NCBI GenBank assembly: GCA_041497195.1
Contig: JBGQGB010000001.1
Span: 73,904 to 137,903 of the forward strand
Source of the DNA: Candidatus Doudnabacteria bacterium
Lineage (GTDB): Bacteria; Patescibacteriota; Doudnabacteria; UBA920; 2-01-FULL-46-14
Direction of reading: 5' to 3'
DNA: 64,000 bases
The position numbers and the translations under genes were made by a program. Position 1 is the first letter of the stretch. Every line of letters begins with the position of its first letter. Of the stretch, positions 31,844-40,394 are shown piece after piece. The notes under the pieces are model-generated. The model made no database searches and had not been told where the DNA came from. It was given only the letters and a program-made list of their open reading frames with translations.

Positions 31844-32575
31844 CTAATTATTTGAAGTAGCTTTTTCCGCAGGGTAAGTCCCGTCAAAATACAACTGGCC
31901 CTCCGAAAAGGTCAGGGAATGGATGGAAAAATTCGGCACTGACGCGATCCAGTCCTCTAGAAACTTCCCGCCCGCGGCCTGGGCCTCACTGCTGAAAAAC
32001 GAGGCAGGGACCGAGACTTTGCCTACGATGGCCTGCTGCAAATTTAGCTGTACGTGATTGTCAGTCACTGAGGCGACCCCACGCAAATAAATAGGCGGAT
32101 CAGAGGGAAGGTATTTCAAATAATCCTGTATCCTGGAAAGTTCTCCGGCAGGAAGGTTTTTCGCTTGGGCGAATCCTAGGAGATGGTCTTTATGCAAAAT
32201 CGCGGAGAGCTCTACCAAACCGTCATTGCTGATCTTCACCTGCGCGTCTGAGAGCGGAAAATATTTCCACTTGCCAGCATTGAGATTGGCCGTCAGCTCA
32301 CTTTCGGTAAAATCATGCTTGATGGCGACCTGGCTGGAAAACTTCAGACTCTGTGCTGGCGCCAAACCGGCCGGCAGATCGTCAACCTTCACCCCAGTCT
32401 TAGCGCGAAAACTCTCAAGATCAGCAGACGTATAGGCAACTCCGAGGTCGCGCGGCTTGTCTGAGCCAAACAGGGAGGACAGGCCTGGGACAAAACCGAG
32501 GTAGCCCAAGATGAGCAGGACAACCACTGCCAAAAATATAATTATTTTGAAAATAAATTTGAGAGATTTGAACAT
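31844..32575 (-). CDS. Membrane-anchored hypothetical protein
   Basis: N-terminal TM helix and a 200-aa extracytoplasmic region with no motif I recognise. Confidence 0.4.
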   Translation of the reverse strand: MFKSLKFIFKIIIFLAVVVLLILGYLGFVPGLSSLFGSDKPRDLGVAYTSADLESFRAKTGVKVDDLPAGLAPAQSLKFSSQVAIKHDFTESELTANLNAGKWKYFPLSDAQVKISNDGLVELSAILHKDHLLGFAQAKNLPAGELSRIQDYLKYLPSDPPIYLRGVASVTDNHVQLNLQQAIVGKVSVPASFFSSEAQAAGGKFLEDWIASVPNFSIHSLTFSEGQLYFDGTYPAEKATSNN

Positions 32576-32664
32576 TGAATTTTTTTAATAATGAAAGTGC
32601 GTCTTTATCATAAAGCGTTAGAGCAATTTACAAATGCGAGAGGGCGAAACAAATCAAGTAAAAT

Positions 32665-33063
32665 TTATTTCGCCCCCATGTCCCCACTGAAATTCCAACC
32701 TGCTTCGGTCAGGTAGACTCTCTTCTGAGGTCCCTCCTGATTACCTATTTCGACCAGACCCATATCTGCCATGACTAAGATATACACGTCCAGAGGCACG
32801 TCCTGAAAGATCTCACGTAGCCGCTGAATAGGAGCGGCAAGGCCTTCCTGGATGAGTTGATCAGCAATCAGCTCCATCGACTTCAGAGCCACGTCTGCAA
32901 GCCTCCTCGATCCGCGCAAATACTCTCGGCAGTTTTCGCAACGCAGCAGGTGTTTTCCCAGTGCTCGTCGGTCTGACTCGGTCAGCTCATCATAATAACA
33001 TTCCGAGATGAGCGAGCATAACCGCGACCGGGCCGCCTGACCACCAGTCTTTTGCCTGTTCAT
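32665..33063 (-). CDS. zf-HC2 (ZAS-type) zinc-finger protein with a C-terminal wHTH-like segment
   Basis: CSLISECYYDELTESDRRALGKHLLRCENCREYL fits the ZAS anti-sigma zinc-binding pattern (C...H...CxxC). No TM helix. C-terminal RVYLTEAGW is MarR-like. Confidence 0.45.
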   Translation of the reverse strand: MNRQKTGGQAARSRLCSLISECYYDELTESDRRALGKHLLRCENCREYLRGSRRLADVALKSMELIADQLIQEGLAAPIQRLREIFQDVPLDVYILVMADMGLVEIGNQEGPQKRVYLTEAGWNFSGDMGAK

Positions 33064-33164
33064 GTCCCCTCCTTGGCAAATCTCATCTTACCATTGGTCC
33101 GCCATCTGTCCAGTCAATAAACTTGGAAAAAAACATATTTGAATTTGCAGCTGTCGCTCTTTTT

Positions 33165-33317
33165 TTATTCCTCAGATTTAGTTTTGACCTCGGAGTGCTC
33201 ACCGTCATCACAATTGCACTCTAGAAGGGGCTGGCCTTGGAGCGAGCATCCTTCGGTGTCGCAATTTTTCGGGTGATCTGCTACCCCGCCGCAAGCCGGA
33301 CAAACGTAGTGAGTCAT
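33165..33317 (-). CDS. Possible small Cys-rich (zinc-ribbon-like) protein, 50 aa
   Basis: My translation gives MTHYVCPACGGVADHPKNCDTEGCSLQGQPLLECNCDDGEHSEVKTKSEE. It is below the ORF-track size cutoff and has no clear Shine-Dalgarno. Confidence 0.25.
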   Translation of the reverse strand: MTHYVCPACGGVADHPKNCDTEGCSLQGQPLLECNCDDGEHSEVKTKSEE

Positions 33318-33386
33318 GGGAGTTTAAAAATTTAATTGTTTCTATAATTCATTTTACTCCCTTTGCTCTCCCCTTCCAAACCGCTT

Positions 33387-33449
33387 TCACATTTGCGTCG
33401 GGATCACAGGCCTATTTGAGGTGATGGCAATCGCGTGCTCGGTGCGATT
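33387..33449 (-). pseudogene. map: Relic copy of the methionine aminopeptidase 3' end
   Basis: Reverse translation gives NRTEHAIAITSNRPVIPTQM*, versus the real map C-terminus FEHTIALTQNGPVILTV* at 34051... The DNA is about 67% identical over about 46 nt to 34062..34107. No upstream ORF is attached. Confidence 0.5.
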
Positions 33450-33459
33450 CCAGGGAGTC

Positions 33460-33488
33460 TTGACATTTTTTATATTGTCCCTTACAAT
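33460..33488 (+). promoter_or_regulatory. Near-consensus sigma70 promoter, antisense to the NYN gene
   Basis: TTGACA (33460-33465), a 17-nt spacer, then TACAAT (33483-33488). It is on the strand opposite to all neighbouring genes. Confidence 0.55.
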
Positions 33489-33494
33489 ATAGTC

Positions 33495-33557
33495 GAATCA
33501 TGACGAAAAAGCACTTCTTTGGGTTCCGTCCCTCAGCGGTGCTTTTTCATTTTGTAT
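33495..33557 (+). ncRNA. Predicted short promoter-driven transcript ending in a hairpin, cis-antisense to the 3' end of the NYN gene
   Basis: About 7 nt downstream of the -10 element. A 10-bp stem (gaaaaagcac 33505-33514 with gtgctttttc 33539-33548), a 24-nt loop, then ATTTTG. It overlaps the last 8 codons and the stop of the NYN gene on the other strand. An in-frame 41-codon ORF exists but looks non-coding. Confidence 0.35.
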
Positions 33558-34036
33558 TCCAGTCGATTTCTCAAGTTATTCAAAAAATCGATTTTATCTC
33601 GAGCGGACCTTTTCAGCAGAATTGAACACTTCTCCTTGTTTGGACTAATGACTTTTTCCAACTTTTTATTTTTATGCAAATACTCAACTAGAGAATAAAA
33701 ATCCCCGTCACTGGTGACGATCACGGCCTTGTGGTAATTGGGACAATCAAGCATCGCGCGCAACACCAAATCCGCGTCCACATTTCCTTTGACTAGCCCG
33801 TCTCTCGGTTTTAACACCGGTTTGAAAACCAGAACATAACCAGTCTCCTGCAGAAACTGATAGAGTGTCTGATTCTCCGGCATATAGCCTATGAATAAAT
33901 AAGCCTTGGTAACGGCGTATTTTTCTGACAGGTACACTCTGAATCTGGCATAACTCAGCTTCCAACCGAGAGACTGAACTCCGAGGTTGAGGTTTTGGCT
34001 ATCGATAAATGCGTAATTTTGTTCCTTTTTTTTCAT
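33533..34036 (-). CDS. NYN-domain (LabA-like, PIN-related) putative ribonuclease
   Basis: AFIDSQNL (N-terminal Asp) and VIVTSDGDF acidic motifs typical of NYN/LabA. 167 aa. Starts 14 nt after the map stop. Confidence 0.7.
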   Translation of the reverse strand: MKKKEQNYAFIDSQNLNLGVQSLGWKLSYARFRVYLSEKYAVTKAYLFIGYMPENQTLYQFLQETGYVLVFKPVLKPRDGLVKGNVDADLVLRAMLDCPNYHKAVIVTSDGDFYSLVEYLHKNKKLEKVISPNKEKCSILLKRSARDKIDFLNNLRNRLEYKMKKHR

Positions 34037-34050
34037 GACTGAAAAGCTTA

Positions 34051-34815
34051 CTAGACAGTGAGGATCACGGGTCCGTTTTGGGTGAGCGCGATGGTGTGCT
34101 CGAAATGCGCGGCCAGAGAGCCGTCCGCAGTGGCCACAGTCCAGCGGTCAAGCAAAAATTTTACCTGGTACGAGCCTGTGGTAAACATGGGCTCTATAGC
34201 CAGAACCATGCCGACCTTGAGTCGCGGCATCGAACCGGCGCGGCCGTAATTGGGCACGTTCGGCATTTCGTGGATCGCGTGCCCAACGCCGTGCCCGACC
34301 AGATCGCGGATTATCCCAAAACCAGCCTCGTCCGCCACTTTCTGGATGGCCGCGGCAATATCGCCGATGGTATGGCCTGGAACAGCCTGCTCGATCCCCT
34401 TCTCGAGCGCCAGCTCGGTGGTCGCGATTAGCTTGTGAGCGTCGCTGCTGACCGTGCCCACTGGCACGGTGATAGCTGCGTCTGTGTAGAGGCCCTGGTA
34501 TTTGATACCAAAATCCAGGCCGATGATATCGCCGTCTTTGAGTACCCTGGTCCGGCTTGGGATTCCATGGACCACCTCGTCGTTTATGGAGGTACACAAA
34601 ACCGCCGGATAGGGCGGTCCATCGGGTACGATTTTGTACCCTTCAAAAGCGCTAGTAGCGCCGGCTTTTTTTATTTCCTCCCGGGCCAGCTCGTCGAGTT
34701 CCCGGGTCGTGATTCCAGGTCGGACTCGTTTGGCCACAAGGCTCAGTATGGCCGCCAAAATCTTGCCCCCTTCTCGGAGTGTTTCGATTTCTTTTGCTGT
34801 TTTAACGAGGCTCAT
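34051..34815 (-). CDS. map: Methionine aminopeptidase, type I
   Basis: Pita-bread-fold metal ligands (D, D, H, E, E pattern), 254 aa. It is the last gene of the ribosomal superoperon. Confidence 0.9.
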   Translation of the reverse strand: MSLVKTAKEIETLREGGKILAAILSLVAKRVRPGITTRELDELAREEIKKAGATSAFEGYKIVPDGPPYPAVLCTSINDEVVHGIPSRTRVLKDGDIIGLDFGIKYQGLYTDAAITVPVGTVSSDAHKLIATTELALEKGIEQAVPGHTIGDIAAAIQKVADEAGFGIIRDLVGHGVGHAIHEMPNVPNYGRAGSMPRLKVGMVLAIEPMFTTGSYQVKFLLDRWTVATADGSLAAHFEHTIALTQNGPVILTV

Positions 34816-35389
34816 TTTCCTCCTCCGGAATATTCAACCACTTCTGGAAGGCCGCAATTATACTTTCAATGACCTGCTCCAAGCTATTAGCTGCAGTATC
34901 AACGACTAAGTCAAATTGCGTTTTATCGGTAACATCTATGCCGTACAAGCTGCGGTACCGCTCTTGCTCGCTTCTGACTCGTTTAAACGTGTTCTTCTGA
35001 ACTTCTTCGATTGACGCTCCAGCTTGGCTGGTTCTCCCTTCTTTCTGAATCTGCGCAAACGTCCGCTCAGCCGCTGTTCTGGGGTCAAGATCCAAAAAAA
35101 CTTTGAACGAATTTGGTATCCAGTGGTAAGCCGTGCGCGAATCGACCACGAGATGGTCCTGCTCCTTCCCTATTTTCTGCAGAAGCTGGTCGACTGCGTC
35201 ATCAATTTCTTTTTGTTTTTCAGCGAGAAAATTGAGTTGTTCCACAGTGACGCCCCTGTCTGCGGCCATTTTCCTGAACAAGTCGCCAGATGAAAAATGC
35301 TCGTATCCCAGTTTATTGGCAAGCACTTTTGCGGTGCTAGATTTTCCGCTACCCGGAAGCCCGGTAACGGTGATGATATGTTTTTTCAT
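34802..35389 (-). CDS. cmk: Cytidylate (CMP) kinase, archaeal-type P-loop kinase
   Basis: ITVTGLPGSGKSSTAKVLANKLGYEHFSSGDLFR is the same pattern as archaeal CMP kinases. Located between adk and map, as in archaea and CPR. Confidence 0.65.
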   Translation of the reverse strand: MKKHIITVTGLPGSGKSSTAKVLANKLGYEHFSSGDLFRKMAADRGVTVEQLNFLAEKQKEIDDAVDQLLQKIGKEQDHLVVDSRTAYHWIPNSFKVFLDLDPRTAAERTFAQIQKEGRTSQAGASIEEVQKNTFKRVRSEQERYRSLYGIDVTDKTQFDLVVDTAANSLEQVIESIIAAFQKWLNIPEEENEPR

Positions 35390-35464
35390 TTAAATCGATC
35401 TTTTGGGCAAAGGAAATCTTTAAGCCTGTGGATCGGCGGAAGGGACCAAAACAATGATTGGGTT

Positions 35465-36106
35465 CTAAAATCCTAATTTCTGCAAAATTTCCTGGTGCAC
35501 AGAATCGATCGAGGAAGCCCCGTCTACGGTGATGAGCTTGCCTTCCTTGACGAATTCCGCGATCATCGGCTGCGTCTCGCTCCGGTAAAGATCCAGGCGC
35601 TTGCGGATGGCTTCGGGCTTGTCATCATCGCGCTGGATGAGCTTGCCCCCGCAATTCTGGCAAGAATCGTACTGACCCGCAATGTAGACTGAACCGCACA
35701 GCTCGCAGGTCACCCGCATGGATAACCGGCGAATGCTTTCCTCCTCGGTCAAATCTATGAGCAGGGCCTGGTAATCCCCGCGCCCGGTCCCGGGCCAAAA
35801 CTCTCTGAGCAGCTGGTATTGCTGCAAAGTTCTGGGAAACCCGTCGATGATGATGCCTTGCTCCCGCGAGATTTTCAGAAGTTTCTGCTGGATGACTTCG
35901 GCAATGAGTGCCGGCTCCACGAGCTCGCCTTTGACATTGATGATTTCGTGGACGCGCCGAGCAAGGTCAGTGTCTTCCTTGGCCATCTCGCGCAAACTTG
36001 CCCCCGCGTCTATCACAACGAGATTGAGCTTGTCCGCCAGGAGCCGGGCCTGAGTCCCTTTGCCGGAACCCTGGGGTCCTAAAAAAAATAGATTAAAAAC
36101 CTTCAT
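35465..36106 (-). CDS. adk: Adenylate kinase (zinc-finger lid type)
   Basis: GPQGSGKGTQ P-loop. Lid CELCGSVY...CQNCGG (Cys4). Confidence 0.9.
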   Translation of the reverse strand: MKVFNLFFLGPQGSGKGTQARLLADKLNLVVIDAGASLREMAKEDTDLARRVHEIINVKGELVEPALIAEVIQQKLLKISREQGIIIDGFPRTLQQYQLLREFWPGTGRGDYQALLIDLTEEESIRRLSMRVTCELCGSVYIAGQYDSCQNCGGKLIQRDDDKPEAIRKRLDLYRSETQPMIAEFVKEGKLITVDGASSIDSVHQEILQKLGF

Positions 36107-37379
36107 AGTCGCGCATCACTAGCTGCGATTCGATCTGGTTCACTGTCTCAATCACCACTGCCACCACGATCAGCAGACTGGTGCCGCCGATGCTCAGGGA
36201 CTGGGTGTGGGTAAAAATCTGCATTAAAAACGGCAGTACCGCGATGAGGCCGAGGAAAACCGCACCAGCCAAAGTGATCCGGTTCAAGACCCGGTACAAA
36301 AACTCCGCGGTCTGCCGCCCCGGGCGCAGGCCCGGGATAAAACCGCCCTGTTTCTGGATGTTCTCGGCAATGTCTTCGGGATTAAAAACGACAGCCGTGT
36401 AGAAATATGTAAACACGACTACGAGAAAAAAATAGGCGAAGCCGTAAAAAGTCTGGTTTTGGAAAAGCGCGGCCATGCTTGCCGCAAAATGCGCGATGAC
36501 CGGAGTTTTGGCATTGACCAAAAAATTGGCGATCACCCCGGGAAACAGCAGGATGGAGATGGCAAAAATGATCGGGATGACGCCGGCGGTATTGATCCGA
36601 ATCGGCAAATGGGTATTGACCCCGCCGTAGAGCTTGTCGCCGCGCACCCGTTTGGCGTAAGACACGGGAATATTGCGAGTGGCTTCGGTCATGACGACAA
36701 CGCCCAAGACCACGACAAAAGCAATCACGACAAACCCGAGGATCGTCGGCAGCTGAGACAATTCAAAAATCTGGAGATTCTGGCCGATCGCGGTCGGCAA
36801 CCGGGCCACGATCCCCGCAAAAATGATCAGGGAAATCCCGTTGCCGATATTGTATTCGGTGATGAGCTCGCCGATCCACATCAAGATGAGCGTCCCGGCT
36901 GTGACGGAGAGAAGCATAATCACCCATTGCACCGGCGTCAAAAATCCGAGCACGCTGACCCCGCCGGTGCGGGCTCCGCGCGAGAGCAAAGTGATCGTAC
37001 CAAATCCCTGCAGCATGCCCAACGGCACGGTCAAATAACGGGTGTACTGGTTAATTTTGGCCCGGCCCTGATCGCCTTCTTTTTGCAGCTCAGCCAGGCT
37101 GGGAATGATGATGGCCATAAGCTGCAAGATGATCGAGGCGGTGATATAAGGCCCGACCCCGAGCATGGCGATCGAGAAATTGGAGAGGCCGCCGCCAGAA
37201 AAAATGTCCAGCAAGCCGAACAACTGATTTTGACTGAAAAATTGCCGTAAAGCCCCGACATTGACGCCCGGAATCGGGACCGCGGCCATTACGCGCGTCG
37301 CGGCCAAAAGCAAAAACACCATCAAAATTTTGATGCGAAGGTCTTTGAGTTTCCAAATTTGAAAAAGTTTACGAAACAT
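36093..37379 (-). CDS. secY: Preprotein translocase subunit SecY
   Basis: Ten TM helices, 428 aa, position after rplO. Confidence 0.9.
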   Translation of the reverse strand: MFRKLFQIWKLKDLRIKILMVFLLLAATRVMAAVPIPGVNVGALRQFFSQNQLFGLLDIFSGGGLSNFSIAMLGVGPYITASIILQLMAIIIPSLAELQKEGDQGRAKINQYTRYLTVPLGMLQGFGTITLLSRGARTGGVSVLGFLTPVQWVIMLLSVTAGTLILMWIGELITEYNIGNGISLIIFAGIVARLPTAIGQNLQIFELSQLPTILGFVVIAFVVVLGVVVMTEATRNIPVSYAKRVRGDKLYGGVNTHLPIRINTAGVIPIIFAISILLFPGVIANFLVNAKTPVIAHFAASMAALFQNQTFYGFAYFFLVVVFTYFYTAVVFNPEDIAENIQKQGGFIPGLRPGRQTAEFLYRVLNRITLAGAVFLGLIAVLPFLMQIFTHTQSLSIGGTSLLIVVAVVIETVNQIESQLVMRDYEGF

Positions 37380-37815
37380 CGAGAACTGTCCCTCCTGCTT
37401 TCTCGACTGCGGCTTTGGCCGCGGCCGACAATTTTACGCCTTTAATTTGGTATTTCTTCGAGATGCCGTCTTTGCCCACGATTTTGACCGGAGCGGTCAA
37501 AAAATCGATGAGGCCCTCGGCCCGCAAAGTTTTAGGCGAAACCAGGCTGCCGGTAGGAAACTTTGACTCGATCACCCTAAGCTGGATGGCTAAGGCTTTC
37601 GGGTAAATGGATTTGAAACCTCGGACTTTGGGCAATTGCCGAATAAGCGGCATCCGTCCGCCCTCAAAGCCGGGCCGGATGTAGCCGCCGCTTCTGGATT
37701 TCTGGCCTTTGATGCCACGGCCCGCGTACGTGCCGTACCCAGAACCGGAACCGCGGCCGACGCGCTTGCGGTCTTTCTTCGGCAATCTTGGTTTGAGATC
37801 TGATAGATTGAGCAT
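37369..37815 (-). CDS. rplO: 50S ribosomal protein L15
   Basis: [26 protein letters not shown] Gly-rich N-terminus. Confidence 0.9.
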   Translation of the reverse strand: MLNLSDLKPRLPKKDRKRVGRGSGSGYGTYAGRGIKGQKSRSGGYIRPGFEGGRMPLIRQLPKVRGFKSIYPKALAIQLRVIESKFPTGSLVSPKTLRAEGLIDFLTAPVKIVGKDGISKKYQIKGVKLSAAAKAAVEKAGGTVLDVS

Positions 37816-37829
37816 GGCTGATAAATAGT

Positions 37830-38303
37830 TTAACTTGTAGGCTGCGGGAGTTTCAGCGGAGATTTCAGCCGCCGCAACGCCTCATAAGTGGCGCGCACGT
37901 TGCTGATTTTATTCGAGGAACCGAGCATCTTGCTAGAAATATTTTTGATGCCCGCCAGAATCAACACGGCCCGCACCGGTCCGCCCGCTATGATCCCGCT
38001 GCCAGGTTTGGCCGGTTTCAGGAGCACGTCCGCGGCTTTGTATTTGACCTGGATCATATGGGGAATTGTTCCGTCAATTATCGGAGTCTGGATGAGATTC
38101 TTCCTGGCCTGGCCAGTGGCTTTGCCAATGGCATCGGACACGTCGGTCCCCTTCTTCAGTCCGACCCCGACTCTGCCGTTGTGGTCCCCGATCACGACCA
38201 GAGCCCTAAAACGCATGCGTTTCCCGCCGGCCACCACGCGGGTGACCCTTTTTATCTCTACCACCTTGCTGTCAAATTCTTTTTTGATAACTTCGTGTTG
38301 CAT
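37830..38303 (-). CDS. rpsE: 30S ribosomal protein S5
   Basis: [29 protein letters not shown]. Directly followed by rplO, with no rpmD (L30) gene in the 14-nt gap. Confidence 0.9.
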   Translation of the reverse strand: MQHEVIKKEFDSKVVEIKRVTRVVAGGKRMRFRALVVIGDHNGRVGVGLKKGTDVSDAIGKATGQARKNLIQTPIIDGTIPHMIQVKYKAADVLLKPAKPGSGIIAGGPVRAVLILAGIKNISSKMLGSSNKISNVRATYEALRRLKSPLKLPQPTS

Positions 38304-38333
38304 CGTCGCAATTTTGGATTACCTGTTTATAAA

Positions 38334-38678
38334 CTAAATTTTCAGTCCAGCCTCGCGGGCGGCCTCGGTGACAGCCTTCACCCGACCGTGATATTTGTAA
38401 CCACCACGGTCAAATACCGCTTCTTTGATCCCTAGTTTGTGCGCCCGCTCTACCAGCAGTTTTGCCACTGCCGCAGCACCCGCGCCTTTGCCCTTTATCT
38501 TGGCGGTTTCCAGGGTGGAGGCCTGGGCGACAGTCTTGCCAGCCTCGTCGTCGATGAGCTGCAAATGGGTGTGTTGGTGGCTGCGGAACACGGAAAGACG
38601 CGGACGTTTGGCCGTACCGATGACTCTTGCCCGGATGCGTTTATGCCTTCTTATGCGGTTAACTTGTTTTTTCAACAT
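38334..38678 (-). CDS. rplR: 50S ribosomal protein L18
   Basis: RPRLSVFRSHQH motif, 114 aa. Confidence 0.85.
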   Translation of the reverse strand: MLKKQVNRIRRHKRIRARVIGTAKRPRLSVFRSHQHTHLQLIDDEAGKTVAQASTLETAKIKGKGAGAAAVAKLLVERAHKLGIKEAVFDRGGYKYHGRVKAVTEAAREAGLKI

Positions 38679-38689
38679 AATATTTAGAT

Positions 38690-39241
38690 TTAGCCGGCGC
38701 CCACGGCTTTGACGACTTTGCCGGCCTTTCTGCGAACGATTTCGTTCTGATATTTAATCCCTTTGCCTTTGTACGGCTCCGGTGGGCGCTGGCTCCTGAT
38801 GACAGCGGCAAATTCTCCCACAACTTGGTTGTCAGATCCGGCCACTGAGATGGTATTTTTTTCAACTTTCACCTCCAAGCCTTTGGGCACTGGCAGTTCA
38901 ATCGGGTGCGAATAGCCAAGGTTGAGGGTAAGTTTACCCGCACTCACCGCCGCCTTGTAGCCCACACCCACGATGTCGAGTTTGCGTTCAAAACCAGTAG
39001 TCACGCCTGCAATCATATTATACAAAAGCGAGCGCATCGTCCCCCACAGTGCTTTTTGCCTGCGGTCCTCGGGATTGTTGACTGTGACTTTGAGCTCTGG
39101 CCCGGACACGGTAGCCTGAACTTTCGGATGGATCGCTTGCTTGAGCTCCCCTTTCGGCCCGGTCACGACAGCCAAGCCGTCTTTGATACTGACGGTGACG
39201 CCACTCGGAATGACTATTAACTTTTTGCCGATTTTTGACAT
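38690..39241 (-). CDS. rplF: 50S ribosomal protein L6
   Basis: SKIGKKLIVIPSGV N-terminus, two-domain L6 length. Confidence 0.85.
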   Translation of the reverse strand: MSKIGKKLIVIPSGVTVSIKDGLAVVTGPKGELKQAIHPKVQATVSGPELKVTVNNPEDRRQKALWGTMRSLLYNMIAGVTTGFERKLDIVGVGYKAAVSAGKLTLNLGYSHPIELPVPKGLEVKVEKNTISVAGSDNQVVGEFAAVIRSQRPPEPYKGKGIKYQNEIVRRKAGKVVKAVGAG

Positions 39242-39242
39242 A

Positions 39243-39638
39243 TTACCAGATTTGACAAATTACTTCTCCGCCCATTTTTTCTTTGCGCGCCTGCTTGTCG
39301 GTCATGAGGCCTTTGGAAGTGGAAATAATGATGGCGCCCAGACCCGAGCTCATCCTAGGAATGTCGGCCACCTTGGCGTAAATCCGCTGGCCGGGTTTGC
39401 TCACGCGTTTGAGTCCGCTGATGGCAGGCTCGTCTCCGGCATACTGCAGCGTCAGCTTCAAAAATTTTGCCTTGCTTTCTTCTTCCACGATTTCGGCTTT
39501 GGAGAGCCAGCCCTGGGCCAATAGCAAATCCGCCAAACTTTTCTTTAGCGCAGAGTGCCGCACGACTACTTCCTGCTTTTTGACGGCAAGAGCGTTGCGG
39601 ATCTGAGTGAGCATTTCTGAAATTGGATCAGTCGTCAT
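39243..39638 (-). CDS. rpsH: 30S ribosomal protein S8
   Basis: DPISEMLTQIRNA N-terminus. Confidence 0.9.
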   Translation of the reverse strand: MTTDPISEMLTQIRNALAVKKQEVVVRHSALKKSLADLLLAQGWLSKAEIVEEESKAKFLKLTLQYAGDEPAISGLKRVSKPGQRIYAKVADIPRMSSGLGAIIISTSKGLMTDKQARKEKMGGEVICQIW

Positions 39639-39644
39639 ATGGAT

Positions 39645-39830
39645 TTACCAGCTGGCCTTAATTATTCCGGGGATTTCGCCCTTTTGCGCCAGTTCGCGGA
39701 AACAAATGCGGCACAGATCAAAATCGCGCATATAACCGCGGATGCGGCCGCAGCGCCAGCACCGCCTCATTTTGCGGGAGGAAAATTTGGGCGTCCGTTT
39801 GGCTCTTGCGATTTGACTCTTTTTTGCCAT
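39645..39830 (-). CDS. rpsZ: 30S ribosomal protein S14 type Z (zinc-binding)
   Basis: 61 aa with [23 protein letters not shown] (CxxC...CxxC). Confidence 0.9.
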   Translation of the reverse strand: MAKKSQIARAKRTPKFSSRKMRRCWRCGRIRGYMRDFDLCRICFRELAQKGEIPGIIKASW

Positions 39831-39838
39831 AAAATTTC

Positions 39839-40381
39839 CTAATCGTTAAAGGGGAAACCGAATCTTTTCAAAAGTTGATAGCCGGCATCGTCGGTTTTGG
39901 CCGTCGTGACGATGCTGACCTCAACGCCGAAATTACCCTGCCCTTCTTCCTGGGCCATCTCCGGAAAAATCAAGTGTTCGCGCAATCCCAAAGAGTAATT
40001 CCCGCGGCCGTCAAACCCTCGCCGGGACACTCCCCGAAAATCACGCGTGCGAGGCAGGGCCGCGTTGATGAGTTTGTCCAAAAACTCATACATGCGCTTA
40101 CCACGCAAAGTCACGGCCAGTCCGACGATTTGTCCTTGCCGAGTTTTGAAGCCAGAAATCGCTTTCTTCGCCTTGGTAATGACTGGCTGCTGACCGGTAA
40201 TCTTTCTGACTGCTTCAACGAACCCATCGAGAGCTTTGGGTTGGGCCTGCAACTGCTTGCCCAAACCCGCGTTGACCACGACTTTCACGAGCCGCGGCAA
40301 AGCCAAAAGATTGGCTATCCCAAGGTCCGCCTTGAGCTGTGGTGCGATTTTCGTCTTGTATTGTTCGAGTAGTCTGGTCAT
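39839..40381 (-). CDS. rplE: 50S ribosomal protein L5
   Basis: 180 aa, position between L24 and S14. Confidence 0.85.
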   Translation of the reverse strand: MTRLLEQYKTKIAPQLKADLGIANLLALPRLVKVVVNAGLGKQLQAQPKALDGFVEAVRKITGQQPVITKAKKAISGFKTRQGQIVGLAVTLRGKRMYEFLDKLINAALPRTRDFRGVSRRGFDGRGNYSLGLREHLIFPEMAQEEGQGNFGVEVSIVTTAKTDDAGYQLLKRFGFPFND

Positions 40382-40394
40382 TAGTATAAATCGG

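Noticed and set aside
33499-33624. 41-codon ORF (MTKKHFFGFRPSAVLF...) starting just after the consensus promoter
   Set aside because: It has no Shine-Dalgarno and reads through the hairpin. It is more likely part of a non-coding antisense transcript, though a leader peptide cannot be excluded.
34148-34597. 149-aa Arg/Gly/Pro-rich ORF
   Set aside because: It is an alternative frame inside the map gene, and the composition is low complexity.
36459-37250. 263-aa plus-strand ORF rich in D/R/H/G
   Set aside because: It is antisense to secY. Low-complexity GC-rich antisense frames like this are typical artefacts.
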